Of a DNA stretch of 64,000 nt, positions 31,618 through 41,421 are shown in pieces. Under the pieces are notes generated by a model that worked only from the letters and a program-made list of their open reading frames with translations, was not told where the DNA came from and ran no database searches. Position 1 is the first letter of the stretch. Each line of letters opens with the position of its first letter. Source of the DNA: Thermodesulfobacteriota bacterium. Its GTDB lineage: Bacteria; Desulfobacterota_D; UBA1144; Nemesobacterales; Nemesobacteraceae. The translations under genes were made by a program, and so were the position numbers. The stretch spans positions 1,132,359 to 1,196,358 of the forward strand of contig OY763921.1 of assembly GCA_963667625.1 (NCBI GenBank), written 5' to 3'.

Positions 31618-32919
31618 ATGTGTTCACAAATGTGCGATAGCGACAAAGATATGAAGGAAGCCGCTCTCGAATATCATAGAAGCGGAAGAAAAGGAAAACT
31701 TGAAGTCATACCGACAAAGCCCTGCGATACAGCCTGGGAACTTTCCCTCGCGTACTCTCCCGGAGTCGCTGAGCCCTGCAGGGAAATAGACAAGGACGAA
31801 AACCTCTCTTATGAATACACCAACAGAGGGAATCTGGTTGCGGTAGCTTCAAATGGCACGGCAATACTAGGACTCGGAAACTTGGGGGCCCTCGCGGGGA
31901 AACCCGTAATGGAAGGAAAAGGAGTGCTTTTCAAGAAGTTCGCAGACGTTGATGCCTACGACATTGAAATAGATACCGAGGATCCCGACGAATTCATAAA
32001 GACCGTAAAATACCTCGAACCCACCTTCGGCGGCATTAATCTCGAAGATATAAAAGCCCCGGAGTGTTTCTACATCGAAGACAAATTAAAAGAAGAGATG
32101 GACATACCCGTCTTTCACGACGACCAGCACGGAACCGCGATAATATCGGGTGCCGGACTTCTTAACGCCTGCGAGATTACCGGGAAAAAGATGAGCGAGC
32201 TCAAAATGGCGTTTAACGGCGCCGGGGCGTCCGCAATCGCGTGCGCCGAGTTCTTCATATCACTCGGAGCAAAAAGGGAAAACATAATAATGTGCGACAG
32301 CAGGGGCGTAATCTACAAGGGAAGAAACGCGGGGCTTAATCCCCAGAAAGAAAGATTCCTTGTAGAAACAGACAGAAGAACCATAGGAGACGCACTGGTC
32401 GGAGCCGACGTGTTTGTCGGACTCTCAAACGGTGGAGCCATCAACCAGGAAAACGTAAAGAGCATGGCGAAAAATCCCATAATATTCGCCATGGCGAATC
32501 CCGATCCCGAAATACTCCCCGTAGACGCAAAGGAAGCCAGAAGCGACGTAATAACGGCCACGGGACGTTCCGACTTCGCAAACCAGGTGAACAACGTCTT
32601 GGGATTCCCCTTTATTTTCAGGGGAGCGCTTGACGTAAGAGCTACAAAAATAAACGACGAAATGAAAGTCGCGGCTGCATACTCCCTTGCAGCGCTCGCA
32701 AAGGAGCCCGTACCGGATAAAGTGGCGAGGGCCTACGGAGACCAGAAATTTGAGTTCGGTCCGGATTACATAGTGCCGAAGCCATTTGATCCCAGGGTTT
32801 TGGTATGGGAATCGGCCGCTGTCGCTCAAGCTGCGATGGAAACCGGCGTTTCCAGAATCAAGATCGATCTTGATACTTACAAGAAGTCCCTGGAAGACAG
32901 GATAAAAGATCTGCTCTAG
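31618..32919 (+). CDS. maeB: NAD(P)-dependent malic enzyme (short form)
   Basis: [42 protein letters not shown] and Rossmann-type GAGASAIAC. The start is uncertain; 31630 or 31651 are alternatives. Confidence 0.85.
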   Translation: MCSQMCDSDKDMKEAALEYHRSGRKGKLEVIPTKPCDTAWELSLAYSPGVAEPCREIDKDENLSYEYTNRGNLVAVASNGTAILGLGNLGALAGKPVMEGKGVLFKKFADVDAYDIEIDTEDPDEFIKTVKYLEPTFGGINLEDIKAPECFYIEDKLKEEMDIPVFHDDQHGTAIISGAGLLNACEITGKKMSELKMAFNGAGASAIACAEFFISLGAKRENIIMCDSRGVIYKGRNAGLNPQKERFLVETDRRTIGDALVGADVFVGLSNGGAINQENVKSMAKNPIIFAMANPDPEILPVDAKEARSDVITATGRSDFANQVNNVLGFPFIFRGALDVRATKINDEMKVAAAYSLAALAKEPVPDKVARAYGDQKFEFGPDYIVPKPFDPRVLVWESAAVAQAAMETGVSRIKIDLDTYKKSLEDRIKDLL

Positions 32920-32975
32920 GAAAAAACCGGCATTTTACAAGATTACCTCAATCTTCCACTCATTTACTTTCCGCC

Positions 32976-33677
32976 TTGCGGACGGTTGTGCTCCAGTCTT
33001 TATCTGGTCCATTGATAAAAGCAGTCATATTTGACATGGATGGAGTCATAATAGACAGCGAACCCCTCTGGGAGAAAAGCGAGTCCATTATGCTCAAACA
33101 AAAGGGATTTGAGGGCAATGAAAATTACAGGAAGGAATACAGAAAGAAGATAATGGGTCTTAACCAGAAAGACTCCGTAAAACTTCTCAAAGAAACTTTC
33201 GGCCTTGATGAGTCCCCGGAGGAAATTCTCCACACCCGTCTCGGGATCCTTCTCGAACTTTACGAAAAGGAGCTTGAACTCTCCGATGGGGTCCCCGAGA
33301 TCCTTCAAATTCTAAGCACGGAGAAACATATAAAAACGGCTCTCGCCTCGGGCTCCCCGATGAAAGTGATAGAGTTCGTTCTCAGGAGATTCTCTCTTTC
33401 AGACACTTTCAGAATAAGGGTCTCCGGAGACTGCGTGGAAAACGGAAAACCTCACCCTGACATATATCTTGAAACCGCAAGACGTCTCGGAGTCAATCCC
33501 GGAGAATGCGTTGCGATTGAAGATTCCATAAACGGTATAGTGTCGGCCAAAGAGGCCGGCATGCGCTGTATCGCAGTGCCTGATCCGAGAATAGCCAAGG
33601 AAGATTATCCTCAGGCAGACATTTTCAGAAAAAGCGTTTCAGAAATCCGCCTTGAAGACATAAAGAGCTTTGCTTAA
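32976..33677 (+). CDS. HAD-superfamily hydrolase (beta-phosphoglucomutase family)
   Basis: AVIFDMDGVIIDSEPLW motif I and EDSINGIVSAKEAGM. Confidence 0.8.
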   Translation: MRTVVLQSLSGPLIKAVIFDMDGVIIDSEPLWEKSESIMLKQKGFEGNENYRKEYRKKIMGLNQKDSVKLLKETFGLDESPEEILHTRLGILLELYEKELELSDGVPEILQILSTEKHIKTALASGSPMKVIEFVLRRFSLSDTFRIRVSGDCVENGKPHPDIYLETARRLGVNPGECVAIEDSINGIVSAKEAGMRCIAVPDPRIAKEDYPQADIFRKSVSEIRLEDIKSFA

Positions 33678-34666
33678 AAAGGCCTCGGACCGGGAGCCAT
33701 GAATTCTGGGCCTATGGGATTCGGGACGAAAGTATCGAGTATCGCGTCTATTTCATTGATTGAGTCATCGTCTATAGCCCACCCTGCGGTACCCGCAAGA
33801 TCATCAAGCTGCCCCGGGCGTCTCGCTCCCCAGAGAGTGATATCGTTTTCGCATTTGTCGAGAACCCACCTTACGGAAAGTTCAAGTACGTTCTTTCCGA
33901 AACGCTCGGAGGCAAGTTCCCCGAGCTTTTCAACAGCTCCAAGATAATTATCATAGACGGGCTTTCGAAACTTGGGATCGAAATTTCTTATGTCGTCTCC
34001 CGGAAACTCCGAGTCAGTTTTCAGTTTCCCGCCCAGGAGTCCCCGGCACAGAGCCCCGTAGAGAAGCATCGTAACTCCTTGTTCTTCACACCAAGGAAGC
34101 ACGTCTTCTTCGATTCCTCTCTCAAAAAGATTGTAAGGAGGCTGACTTGAGTTAAGCGGGCACACGGAACGGAAAATCTCCATCTGATCAGCAGAATAGT
34201 TACTTACCCCAACAGCCCTTATCTTTCCGCTTTCAATGAGTTCCGCCATGGCTTGCGCGGTTTCCTCAACGGGCGTAAGCGGATCTGGCCAGTGAATCTG
34301 GTAAAGATCTATCCGGTCGGTGCGCAGTCTTCTGAGAGAATCGTCAACCTCCTTGCGTATCCTCTCCGGGAGGGAATTTCTGAATATTCCTCCCCTCTCC
34401 CACTCAAGCCCTACTTTCGTCGCAATCACAAGTTCATCCCTCATACCGCTCTGAGAAACCGCTTCCCCCACGATTTCTTCTGAGAGACCGAAACCGTAGA
34501 TAGGAGCTGTGTCAATCAGATTCACCTCGTTATCAAACGCCTTGTATATCGTTCTCACGCATTCTTTCCTGTCGCTTCCTCCCCAGAGCCATCCTCCCAT
34601 CGCCCAGGTTCCGAGACCTATTCTCGACGAATTTATTTCCGTACCGGCAATTTTTACAAACTCCAT
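33674..34666 (-). CDS. Aldo/keto reductase
   Basis: 330 aa with GLGTWAMGG and IDLYQIHWPD, the AKR signatures. Confidence 0.85.
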   Translation of the reverse strand: MEFVKIAGTEINSSRIGLGTWAMGGWLWGGSDRKECVRTIYKAFDNEVNLIDTAPIYGFGLSEEIVGEAVSQSGMRDELVIATKVGLEWERGGIFRNSLPERIRKEVDDSLRRLRTDRIDLYQIHWPDPLTPVEETAQAMAELIESGKIRAVGVSNYSADQMEIFRSVCPLNSSQPPYNLFERGIEEDVLPWCEEQGVTMLLYGALCRGLLGGKLKTDSEFPGDDIRNFDPKFRKPVYDNYLGAVEKLGELASERFGKNVLELSVRWVLDKCENDITLWGARRPGQLDDLAGTAGWAIDDDSINEIDAILDTFVPNPIGPEFMAPGPRPF

Positions 34667-36900
34667 TATTTCCGCCTCCTGTTCTTCTTGGCTTCAGAAG
34701 GCAAATCCTCCATCTCGCGGGTCTCCTCCACCAGGGAAAAAAGAAGGTCTCTCGCCTCGGCGGTTGAGCGGACTCTGTATTTGGCTTTTGACGGTCCGAA
34801 ACCTACTTTTATGGAATAGGCATCTTCGGGAAGCTGCTCAAAGATATCCTCATCCGTCCAATCGTCTCCTATCGATATGATAAGGTCCCATTTTTCCGCT
34901 TTTAGCCACTGAGTAGCCGCCTTGCCCTTGTTTATAAAAGAACCTTTGATCTCCACGACCTTGTTTCCTTCCAGAACACCGACCTCTAGATTCGCAGTTA
35001 TGTGCGACAGCATGTCCTTAAGCTCCCCTACTCTCACTATTGAGAGTGCCGGGTCAACTTTCCTGTAATGCCATGCCAGCGAAAAATTTTTCTCCTCGAT
35101 AAGCGACCCCGGAGTCCTGTCGACAAACACTTCCAGTATGGGCTTTATTTCTTCCTTCCATCCCTCCGGAGCAATCTCGGACATTTTCCACTTTTCGCGT
35201 CTTATCCAAAGACCGTGTTCGGCCGCAAGACCGTCCGTCACATCCCCAAGCCATTTGGCAAGAGTGTTTCTGTCTCTACCGCTTATGATGACAAGCTCAT
35301 TTCTCTCCCTCGAGGAAAGTTCCCTAAGCGCAGAATAGATTTCCGGGTCAGGTTTCGCATCCTGCGGATTATTTTTGAAGGAAACAAGAGAACCGTCGTA
35401 ATCAAGCAGAAAAAGACACTTTTTGCTCGTCCTGTATTTTTCAATCAGTTCGCTTGTCATTTCCGGACTGAATCTTCGGGCAAACATCTTAAGCTGCCTT
35501 TCCTTCGTTTCATCAAGTCTCTCCATGAAGTCCGTCGTCCATGTCCTGATATCGTATCTGCTGAGACGACTCTGCATCGCCTTCATCCGTCTTTTCTGCT
35601 CCGTTTTGGTCATGCCGAGGGCGGTTTCCAGAGCCCGTGAAGTAGAGTCGAGATCATTGGGGTTTATGATTATGGCTTCGCTCAGTTCCTGTGCGGTTCC
35701 TGCCATCTCACCCAGTATAAGCACGCCTGCCTTGTTCTGTCTCGCAGCCACGTACTCCTTGGCGATAAGGTTCATGCCGTCGCGAAGGGGGGTAATGAAA
35801 AGGATGTCCGCGGCCAGATAAAGGGAAATAAGATCCTCGAAACCGAAAGACCTGTACATGTAGTGAATCGGGTTCCAGCCGATCGTTCCGTAGCGACCGT
35901 TTATCGCACCGACCAGATTGTCAACCTCGTTTTTCAGTATCTTGTAGTGGACCACTTCTGTTCTTGAAGGCACCGCGACAAGCAAAAGAACCACCTTGCC
36001 CCTTATCTTCGGGTTTTTCTCAAGGAAAAGATCAAATGCCCTGAGTCTCTCCGGAATTCCCTTTGAGTAATCAAGACGGTCTATGGAGAGAATGATCTTC
36101 TGGTCGGTCTCCAGAAGATCTATGAACTCGTCTTTTCTTTTCTGAATGCTTCGTTTCTTTGGCGCGGAGGAGAATTTTTCATAATCGATTCCCATAGGAA
36201 AAGTATCGGTTCTTACTTCTCTTTCCCCGATTATAAAACGCCCCAAGGAATGCTCATGTCCAAGTATCCTTCTTACGCTTTCGGCAAAATGCCTTACGTA
36301 GTCAAAAGTGTGGAAACCTATAAGATCAGCGCCGGTAAGTCCCTGTATTATTTCCCGGCACCATGGAATAAGTCTGAAAATTTCTGAAGACGGAAAAGGT
36401 ATATGGAGAAAGAAACCAATGCTTGATCTGGGCAGCTGTTTTTTTACAAGCTCGGGGACAAGCATAAGATGATAATCATGAACCCAGATATAATCCCCTT
36501 CGCTGGCCACGTCCAGTATGGCGCTGGCAAACTTGCTGTTCACCCTTATGTATGATTCCCAGAACTCTTTTTTATAGGTTCCGTACTGGACGAAATAATG
36601 GAAAATAGGCCATATCACCTCATTGCAGAAACCCTGATAATAGTCTTTTACCTCTTCGGCGTTCAGGTTCACGGGATAGAAATTTTCCTCTGCGAGTCGC
36701 CGTTCCATTTCCGAAACCTGCTCCCCAGACAGACTCCCGTAATCTATTCCCGGCCATCCTATCCAGCATTTTTCGTAATCGGTATCAAGAGAACTCAACC
36801 CCGTAGCCACACCTCCCACGCTCGGTTCAAAAGAAAGCTTCCCGTTCTCCTCCCGTACGGTTGTCGGCAATCTGTTGGATACAATAATAAGTTTTTTCAT
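34666..36900 (-). CDS. otsA: Bifunctional trehalose-6-phosphate synthase / trehalose-6-phosphate phosphatase (OtsA-OtsB fusion)
   Basis: 744 aa. N-terminal GT20 domain (IIVSNRLP...GGVATGL) and C-terminal HAD phosphatase (LFLLDYDGSLV). Confidence 0.85.
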   Translation of the reverse strand: MKKLIIVSNRLPTTVREENGKLSFEPSVGGVATGLSSLDTDYEKCWIGWPGIDYGSLSGEQVSEMERRLAEENFYPVNLNAEEVKDYYQGFCNEVIWPIFHYFVQYGTYKKEFWESYIRVNSKFASAILDVASEGDYIWVHDYHLMLVPELVKKQLPRSSIGFFLHIPFPSSEIFRLIPWCREIIQGLTGADLIGFHTFDYVRHFAESVRRILGHEHSLGRFIIGEREVRTDTFPMGIDYEKFSSAPKKRSIQKRKDEFIDLLETDQKIILSIDRLDYSKGIPERLRAFDLFLEKNPKIRGKVVLLLVAVPSRTEVVHYKILKNEVDNLVGAINGRYGTIGWNPIHYMYRSFGFEDLISLYLAADILFITPLRDGMNLIAKEYVAARQNKAGVLILGEMAGTAQELSEAIIINPNDLDSTSRALETALGMTKTEQKRRMKAMQSRLSRYDIRTWTTDFMERLDETKERQLKMFARRFSPEMTSELIEKYRTSKKCLFLLDYDGSLVSFKNNPQDAKPDPEIYSALRELSSRERNELVIISGRDRNTLAKWLGDVTDGLAAEHGLWIRREKWKMSEIAPEGWKEEIKPILEVFVDRTPGSLIEEKNFSLAWHYRKVDPALSIVRVGELKDMLSHITANLEVGVLEGNKVVEIKGSFINKGKAATQWLKAEKWDLIISIGDDWTDEDIFEQLPEDAYSIKVGFGPSKAKYRVRSTAEARDLLFSLVEETREMEDLPSEAKKNRRRK

Positions 36901-37229
36901 GAAAACATGTCCGCCTATTCAGCCCATCTCATTCACAAGCAACAAAAGAGAGTGCGGTTTTTTAGATTAAGTTCAAGTTCTCAAATAATCTATAGAGGAT
37001 ATAATCCCCAAACAGTTTAATCTCAAGAAAACTTTGGGATTAATATACTGTATAATCGTGATAGTCGAAGCGCACGGAACTGATGCCACGCTGACCTAGC
37101 CCTCATTATGAAAACCAGAACCCCAAAAAATCGTTACAGCGCAAGCGCCTCTCTGTATCTGAGGATTGATTGATTCATCTAGCAATGGTATATCTTCTCA
37201 TGCCGTGTTGAAAATACTAGGATGCAAAT

Positions 37230-37781
37230 ATGTTTGATTTCCCGACACAAGTTTGTGAATTTCTTTTGACCAATCCGATTTTTCTTTTTGTTGGGCGCTG
37301 TCTGCTGGTTATTACGGTAGCTGGTTTCTTAATTACCGCTGTATCTTGGGCTTTTGGCCTAGCAACTCCCATTTGGCGATTGGGTCTAGGTTTGCGGAGG
37401 AGGAAAATAGCTATAGCTTCTGATGCTGATAGTTTTAGCAGTTTGAAAGCTGATTTGACGGCAACTCGTATTTTTCGAGAAAAAAATATCAAACATATAA
37501 CGAAAGACCACTTAGCAACGGTTAAGAATCATTCCTTGATTATTGTTCATTATAATTCTTTTTGTGCCGAAGAGATTAAACAAATGCTCAATAGCAAAGA
37601 AAGTATTAGTGGTATGATTTTTTACTTTCCAGAATTTGATCCTGCATCAGGAAACAGAATCCCAAATGAGATGATTCAGGAAATAGGGAAAAGAGAAAAC
37701 ACGACGGTCGTAAATTTCAGAGGACGGTTGCTTAACGATATCATCAACACTATAATCACTACGAGTTATCAGAAAAAATAA
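37230..37781 (+). CDS. Small membrane protein (two predicted N-terminal TM helices plus a ~120-aa cytoplasmic alpha/beta domain). Candidate effector or sensor for the downstream CD-NTase.
   Basis: 183 aa. Hydrophobic segments LTNPIFLFVGRCLLVITVAGFLITAVSWAFGLA. No recognisable catalytic motif. First gene of a three-gene CD-NTase operon in an AT-rich island. Confidence 0.5.
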   Translation: MFDFPTQVCEFLLTNPIFLFVGRCLLVITVAGFLITAVSWAFGLATPIWRLGLGLRRRKIAIASDADSFSSLKADLTATRIFREKNIKHITKDHLATVKNHSLIIVHYNSFCAEEIKQMLNSKESISGMIFYFPEFDPASGNRIPNEMIQEIGKRENTTVVNFRGRLLNDIINTIITTSYQKK

Positions 37782-37805
37782 CCTAAACACAAAGCTTCAG
37801 AGAAT

Positions 37806-38785
37806 ATGCCCGCAGATTATCTCCTAAAAAGGGCGAGGAAGGGGATTTCGACGAGAGGGGTTTCATTGCGGATGTATATGAGTCTTTTACCAATCTGCTT
37901 GGAGAAAGCAAATGTATTCAGGTCGGATCATATCCTCGTTATACTGCAATTACGCCTGTTCACGATCTGGACATTCTGTATGTCTTGGGCAACTGGCATA
38001 GTACTCCCGACCACGACCCGTCCGTTGTATTATCTTGGTTAGAAAACGAGATAATTAGAAACTACGAGAATCCTACTTCCTACAGAATAGATGTCTCCCA
38101 GCAAACGCATTCTATAACGGTTGCTTATCTTCTGAACGGCAAAGAAGTTTTTTCAGTAGACATAGTCCCTGCCTACGCTTTTTCAAAAAATGAATTCAGG
38201 GATGATGTTTATATGGTTCCGGAAATCCTGAGAAAAAAACATGGCAAAGACAGGACGGAGCATTACCAGCGAATTGCCATGGAACGCCGGGCGGCGCAAT
38301 GGATTTTATCGGACCCTCTCGGTTACATACGGATTGCCTCTCGAGTTGATCGGATAACCGGAGGAGAGTTTCGAAAAACCACCAAAATCATAAAAAAATG
38401 GAAAAACAACTTGGCGGAAGCCGACAGCAGCCTGAAACTAAAATCTTTTCACCTTGAGCAGGTTGTTACGGGGTACTTTCAAGCCCAGAACTCTTTGGAG
38501 ATATTTGATGCCATTTTCAAATTTTTTGTCGAACTGCCGGAAATACTGGAAAATCCGAATCAGATAGAAGACCGGGCCAATAAAGACAAGTTCATAGATG
38601 ACTATCTTGCTGAGTTCTCGGATTACCAGAAAGCAAAAATCAGATCTGCCAGAGATGGTTTTCTGGTTAGGCTGGAAAATTTTAAAGAGAGAAACTCGGT
38701 TGATGAATTATTGAAGATCTGGTTTTATCCCAGAAAACCTCACGAACAGTTTCTTTTCGATTTCAAGAAAAAAAATGCTGACTGA
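37806..38785 (+). CDS. cGAS/DncV-like nucleotidyltransferase (CD-NTase). The reading frame is broken near the 5' end: the ATG at 37806 is in one frame and the catalytic body in another, joined only if the A5 run at 37826-37830 is read as A6.
   Basis: The frame encoding GSYPRYTAITPVHDLDILYV (GS motif plus first two acidic residues), FSVDIVPAY (third acidic residue) and IIKKWKNN...LKSFHLEQVV has no ATG, GTG or TTG between the upstream stop (37784) and the GS motif. The ATG at 37806 is in the other frame. Restoring one A gives MPADYLLKKGEEGDFDERGFIADVYESF... Confidence 0.7.
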
Positions 38786-39131
38786 CGACAACTTCACATT
38801 CAGGGTGGACGGGTTTGTTGAGCCCTTGTCTGGATATCGCCACGGCTGGATCATGGAAACTCCTCATTTGAGAAAAGGGTTGACTCGTTGGCCGGGGCAA
38901 GAAAGAAGCATCAAATTTTCAGTCCAGAGAAACAACACTCCGGCAACGGAATACCTATGGAAAGTTAGAAACAGCGATGACTGCGCTGAACCAAGGGGTG
39001 AAATAACACGCAACCAGACGGCAAACAATCCGGAGAAGACAGCATATCCGGGCGATCACTATGTTGAATGTTACGCGATCAGGGGAGATGAATGCATCGC
39101 TCGTTCCAGGGTGAACGTCAAAATCGTTTAG
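38775..39131 (+). CDS. Hypothetical 118-aa protein translationally coupled to the CD-NTase (start overlaps the CD-NTase stop)
   Basis: The ATG at 38775 overlaps the TGA at 38783-38785. No TM segment. No motif I recognise. Confidence 0.45.
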   Translation: MLTDDNFTFRVDGFVEPLSGYRHGWIMETPHLRKGLTRWPGQERSIKFSVQRNNTPATEYLWKVRNSDDCAEPRGEITRNQTANNPEKTAYPGDHYVECYAIRGDECIARSRVNVKIV

Positions 39132-39239
39132 CTCTTGAGTATTTACGGTTTCGGAATCGAGATGAAAAACCTTCCCGCGACTTGGCAGAACTCGCGGACA
39201 TCCTACCTGACGGCGACTCGATTTCCGTTACTCAGGCGG

Positions 39240-39962
39240 TTACAGCCACTTTGCGTATTCCTGCAAGTCTATCATCGGTACCGTAGCTTTGCTCTGGAGT
39301 CTGGAAATGAGATAAAAAAGAAACATCGCTACGGCTTTGTCGGTATTGTGGAATTTGTAATCTTCTGATTCTCTCTGGTAGTGGAAATAACCGTGAGAGG
39401 CAATACATCCGAAATCCAGTGCGCCATTGTCCGCATTCTTGGAATTCATGTGTTTTTCGATCAGGCTGGCGGGGTCAGACTTCCATCCGTTTTCAAGAGT
39501 CAGGATTCCTCCCAGAATGCGGGCCGGTTCCTTTTTGCTGAAAGTGCCTCCCGCGTGAGGTATCGGCAGACTGGTTCTGTACAGTCGTCGAACGCTGGCG
39601 ACTTTCTTCTGGGCATACTTCATATTTTTTGCATTGACTGTTTGTCTGGTCTCAAACACTGCGTATATGCTTTCCGCAGGAATGATTAATTCATCCTTAA
39701 ACTTAAAAATTAGCGGAGAATACTGCCGGTCGAATATTACCACGTCAATCTGTTCGCTGAAATCCCCCTTGCTGTCAACTATGTGGGCTTTTTCTGTCTT
39801 GTAGCGTTTGGGCAAATATTTCTTGAGCAGGTCAATCCATACTTTTTCGCTGGCGTCCCCTTTTGTCCCGGGATGCTGCAGTGTCTCCCGCGCCGACTGC
39901 AGACTGCCTTGTATGTCGTCGTGCATACTCGACAGGATTCTGCTCAATGACCATTTCGTCAT
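39240..39962 (-). CDS. Type III CBASS effector, NucC-like restriction-endonuclease-fold nuclease (putative)
   Basis: ~240 aa from the Met (MTKWSL...) at 39962, which overlaps the upstream AAA+ stop (TAATG-type coupling). IDVVIFD acidic motif with an Asp at position 73 from that start. It is the fourth gene of a CD-NTase/HORMA/TRIP13 operon. The ORF-track N-terminal extension is rejected because it overlaps the AAA+ gene by 176 nt. Confidence 0.55.
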   Translation of the reverse strand: MTKWSLSRILSSMHDDIQGSLQSARETLQHPGTKGDASEKVWIDLLKKYLPKRYKTEKAHIVDSKGDFSEQIDVVIFDRQYSPLIFKFKDELIIPAESIYAVFETRQTVNAKNMKYAQKKVASVRRLYRTSLPIPHAGGTFSKKEPARILGGILTLENGWKSDPASLIEKHMNSKNADNGALDFGCIASHGYFHYQRESEDYKFHNTDKAVAMFLFYLISRLQSKATVPMIDLQEYAKWL

Positions 39963-39963
39963 T

Positions 39964-40896
39964 TTAATCCTCTTTGAATGGCGGAGTCGGCAGCATTTCC
40001 CGTGCGATCTCAAGCGCCCTTTCTGCCTCGACCGGTTTTCCCGGGTACGCGTCCAGAACGATGGAAGGCAGCAGTCGTTGCGTAAGGTCAGAAAAAGTAA
40101 ACCCGCAATCACGGTCATCCAAAGGACCGGTTGCGGCAACCAGTTCGTTTATTCGTTCATCCGAAAACCCGAGTCCTCCAAGATATTTCCGGAGCACGTG
40201 TTGGCGCTGCTCGTCGCCTGGACGTCTGAAGGGAAGTATGTCCGCGGCGCGCCTTTTCACTGCGGGGTCAAGAGATCCTAAGCGGTTCGTGCACATGATA
40301 ACCGCGGCGGGGACTTTCGCATTGGCGATTCGGTCAATCCCCCTGATGAATGCGTTGACGCCTGCACGGTCCTCATGGTGCATCTGCGCGGCTTCGCGGG
40401 ATTGAGCTAATGCATCTGCCTCGTCTACAAACAGAATAAGCGCACCTCTGTTTTTATCCCCAAGGCTTTTCAGCTTTTCGGCTTCGGCTAGCACATAATC
40501 AAAAGCGCCTGAGAGAAGGCGCGTCATTTCTCCGACCCTGCCCTGCCCGCGACTGGAAAGACTTAGAGGCAACAGGGTGATCTCTATATTTTCCTGTCGG
40601 GCGACGGCATCTCCTATTCCTTCTCCGAGTTCCGTTTTTCCCGATCCTACATCACCGGCAAGTATAACCAAAGGGGGCCTCCGCAGGACTATATTCACTA
40701 TAGCGGTTTGTTTTGGATAATGTCTGTCCACCCACCTCTTCAGACCTGCAGGGTTGACAAGCGTAGCCAGGATTTTAATCAAGCGTGTTTTGTGGTCGTC
40801 CAGACCGACAAGACCGTGCAGACGTTCCAGCGCGTCAGAGTTAGGGTAATTGATCCTGCGTTCAAACAGATCATCCGGGTTAATAGCGTTGCTCAT
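39964..40896 (-). CDS. TRIP13/Pch2-like AAA+ ATPase (CBASS Cap6)
   Basis: 310 aa. Walker A GDVGSGKT, Walker B ILFVDEAD, sensor/Arg-finger region. Between the HORMA-sized gene and the effector. Confidence 0.7.
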   Translation of the reverse strand: MSNAINPDDLFERRINYPNSDALERLHGLVGLDDHKTRLIKILATLVNPAGLKRWVDRHYPKQTAIVNIVLRRPPLVILAGDVGSGKTELGEGIGDAVARQENIEITLLPLSLSSRGQGRVGEMTRLLSGAFDYVLAEAEKLKSLGDKNRGALILFVDEADALAQSREAAQMHHEDRAGVNAFIRGIDRIANAKVPAAVIMCTNRLGSLDPAVKRRAADILPFRRPGDEQRQHVLRKYLGGLGFSDERINELVAATGPLDDRDCGFTFSDLTQRLLPSIVLDAYPGKPVEAERALEIAREMLPTPPFKED

Positions 40897-41411
40897 TGGA
40901 AGTTCACGAGGCTAGCGCGGTTAAGGGCGCGGCCGCCAGCGGAATAGGTTTTGTCATAACTCAGATATCCGTTTCTGGCCGGTTCGAGAGCGTGTGACCT
41001 CTTTACGGGAATCAGAGCTTCAAGTGCGTCCTGCTGGATTTTCGTCAGTTGGTACCAACCCGGACCGTAAACTAAATAGCTACCGAAACTTGCTCTGGAG
41101 ATATTCGCACCGGGATAAATACGGCCTGGGTCATTATCGTCTGCAGAAGCTCCTTCCAGATCCCGGGCTGTGTAGATGATCATAGGTTCTATCCACATAC
41201 CATTGCGCCGGAAGCCATATGTAACAGTTCCGAGACATCCGTATCGTAGCAATATTCTCAATTCCTCTTCAAACTCCGCAATACGCGCATCACTGGGCGC
41301 ATCGTAGAAACGCTGCATGCGTTTCAAGTCCGCAGCCACCTTAGCCGATATGTGCCTTGCGTGCGTGTAGGTGAATGTTGTTGTTTCTGTGGTGGTAAAA
41401 CTTGTGCTCAC
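40893..41411 (-). CDS. HORMA-domain protein (CBASS Cap7), putative
   Basis: 172 aa with no enzymatic motifs. Size and position between CD-NTase and AAA+ ATPase, with a 4-nt overlap, match type III CBASS architecture. Confidence 0.55.
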   Translation of the reverse strand: MSTSFTTTETTTFTYTHARHISAKVAADLKRMQRFYDAPSDARIAEFEEELRILLRYGCLGTVTYGFRRNGMWIEPMIIYTARDLEGASADDNDPGRIYPGANISRASFGSYLVYGPGWYQLTKIQQDALEALIPVKRSHALEPARNGYLSYDKTYSAGGRALNRASLVNFQ

Positions 41412-41421
41412 GATTTCCTCC

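Noticed and set aside
37806-38042. 78-aa ORF MPADYLLKRARKG... annotated as an independent gene
   Set aside because: It is the out-of-frame 5' end of the CD-NTase gene, created by the homopolymer frameshift. It is not a separate protein.
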